A DNA stretch of 17,329 nucleotides from Candidatus Sumerlaeia bacterium (lineage in GTDB: Bacteria > Sumerlaeota > Sumerlaeia > SLMS01). The DNA lies in NCBI GenBank assembly GCA_038208905.1, contig JBBQYG010000077.1, positions 1 to 17,329 on the forward strand, read 5' to 3'. A model generated the notes under the pieces. The model ran no database searches and was not told where the DNA came from. It was given only the letters and a program-made list of their open reading frames with translations. Position 1 is the first letter of the stretch. Each line of letters opens with the position of its first letter. Below are positions 17,242-17,329 of this stretch, one piece after another. The translations under genes were made by a program, and so were the position numbers.

Positions 17242-17329
17242 CATATCTGCTCGACACGAATGCGATCATTTATCTGCTGAGCGGCAAGGCGATCTGGCGC
17301 CCAGAGCCTGACGTCCTGTTGATGACCAG
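17238..17329 (+). CDS. PIN-domain (VapC-like) toxin, 5' part truncated by the window end
   Basis: ATG 17238 reads MTYLLDTNAIIYLLSGKAIWRPEPDVLLMT; YLLDTN is the canonical PIN N-terminus. 4-nt ATGA overlap with the antitoxin. Not in the ORF track. Confidence 0.85.
   Translation, partial: MTYLLDTNAIIYLLSGKAIWRPEPDVLLMT

Overview
High-GC bacterial chromosomal window with mostly housekeeping genes plus scattered accessory material. Left to right: a non-coding cluster of REP-like palindromes; an orphan PAS sensor histidine kinase (-) with a Cys-rich PAS; a degraded DUF6364-like antitoxin pseudogene that the ORF track only partly shows; a dnaG -> RapA/HepA-like SNF2 ATPase pair (-) with no rpoD; tRNA-Ser(GCT) (+); a secreted DUF6263-like protein (+); lpdA (-); a 1349-aa secreted multidomain protein (-) (dockerin-like EF loop, 2x malectin, Ig-like/PKD/PA14-like modules, IPT/TIG, sugar-dehydrogenase-like beta-propeller, IPT/TIG); a stand-alone HscA-like Hsp70 (+); and a DUF104/AF2212 antitoxin + PIN toxin pair running off the right edge. 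There is no CRISPR array, transposase or integrase. I cannot support a clearly new multi-gene system. The best candidates for novelty are the malectin/propeller protein, the dnaG-rapA coupling and the Cys-rich PAS kinase. All family calls come from motif recognition by eye, not database searches.
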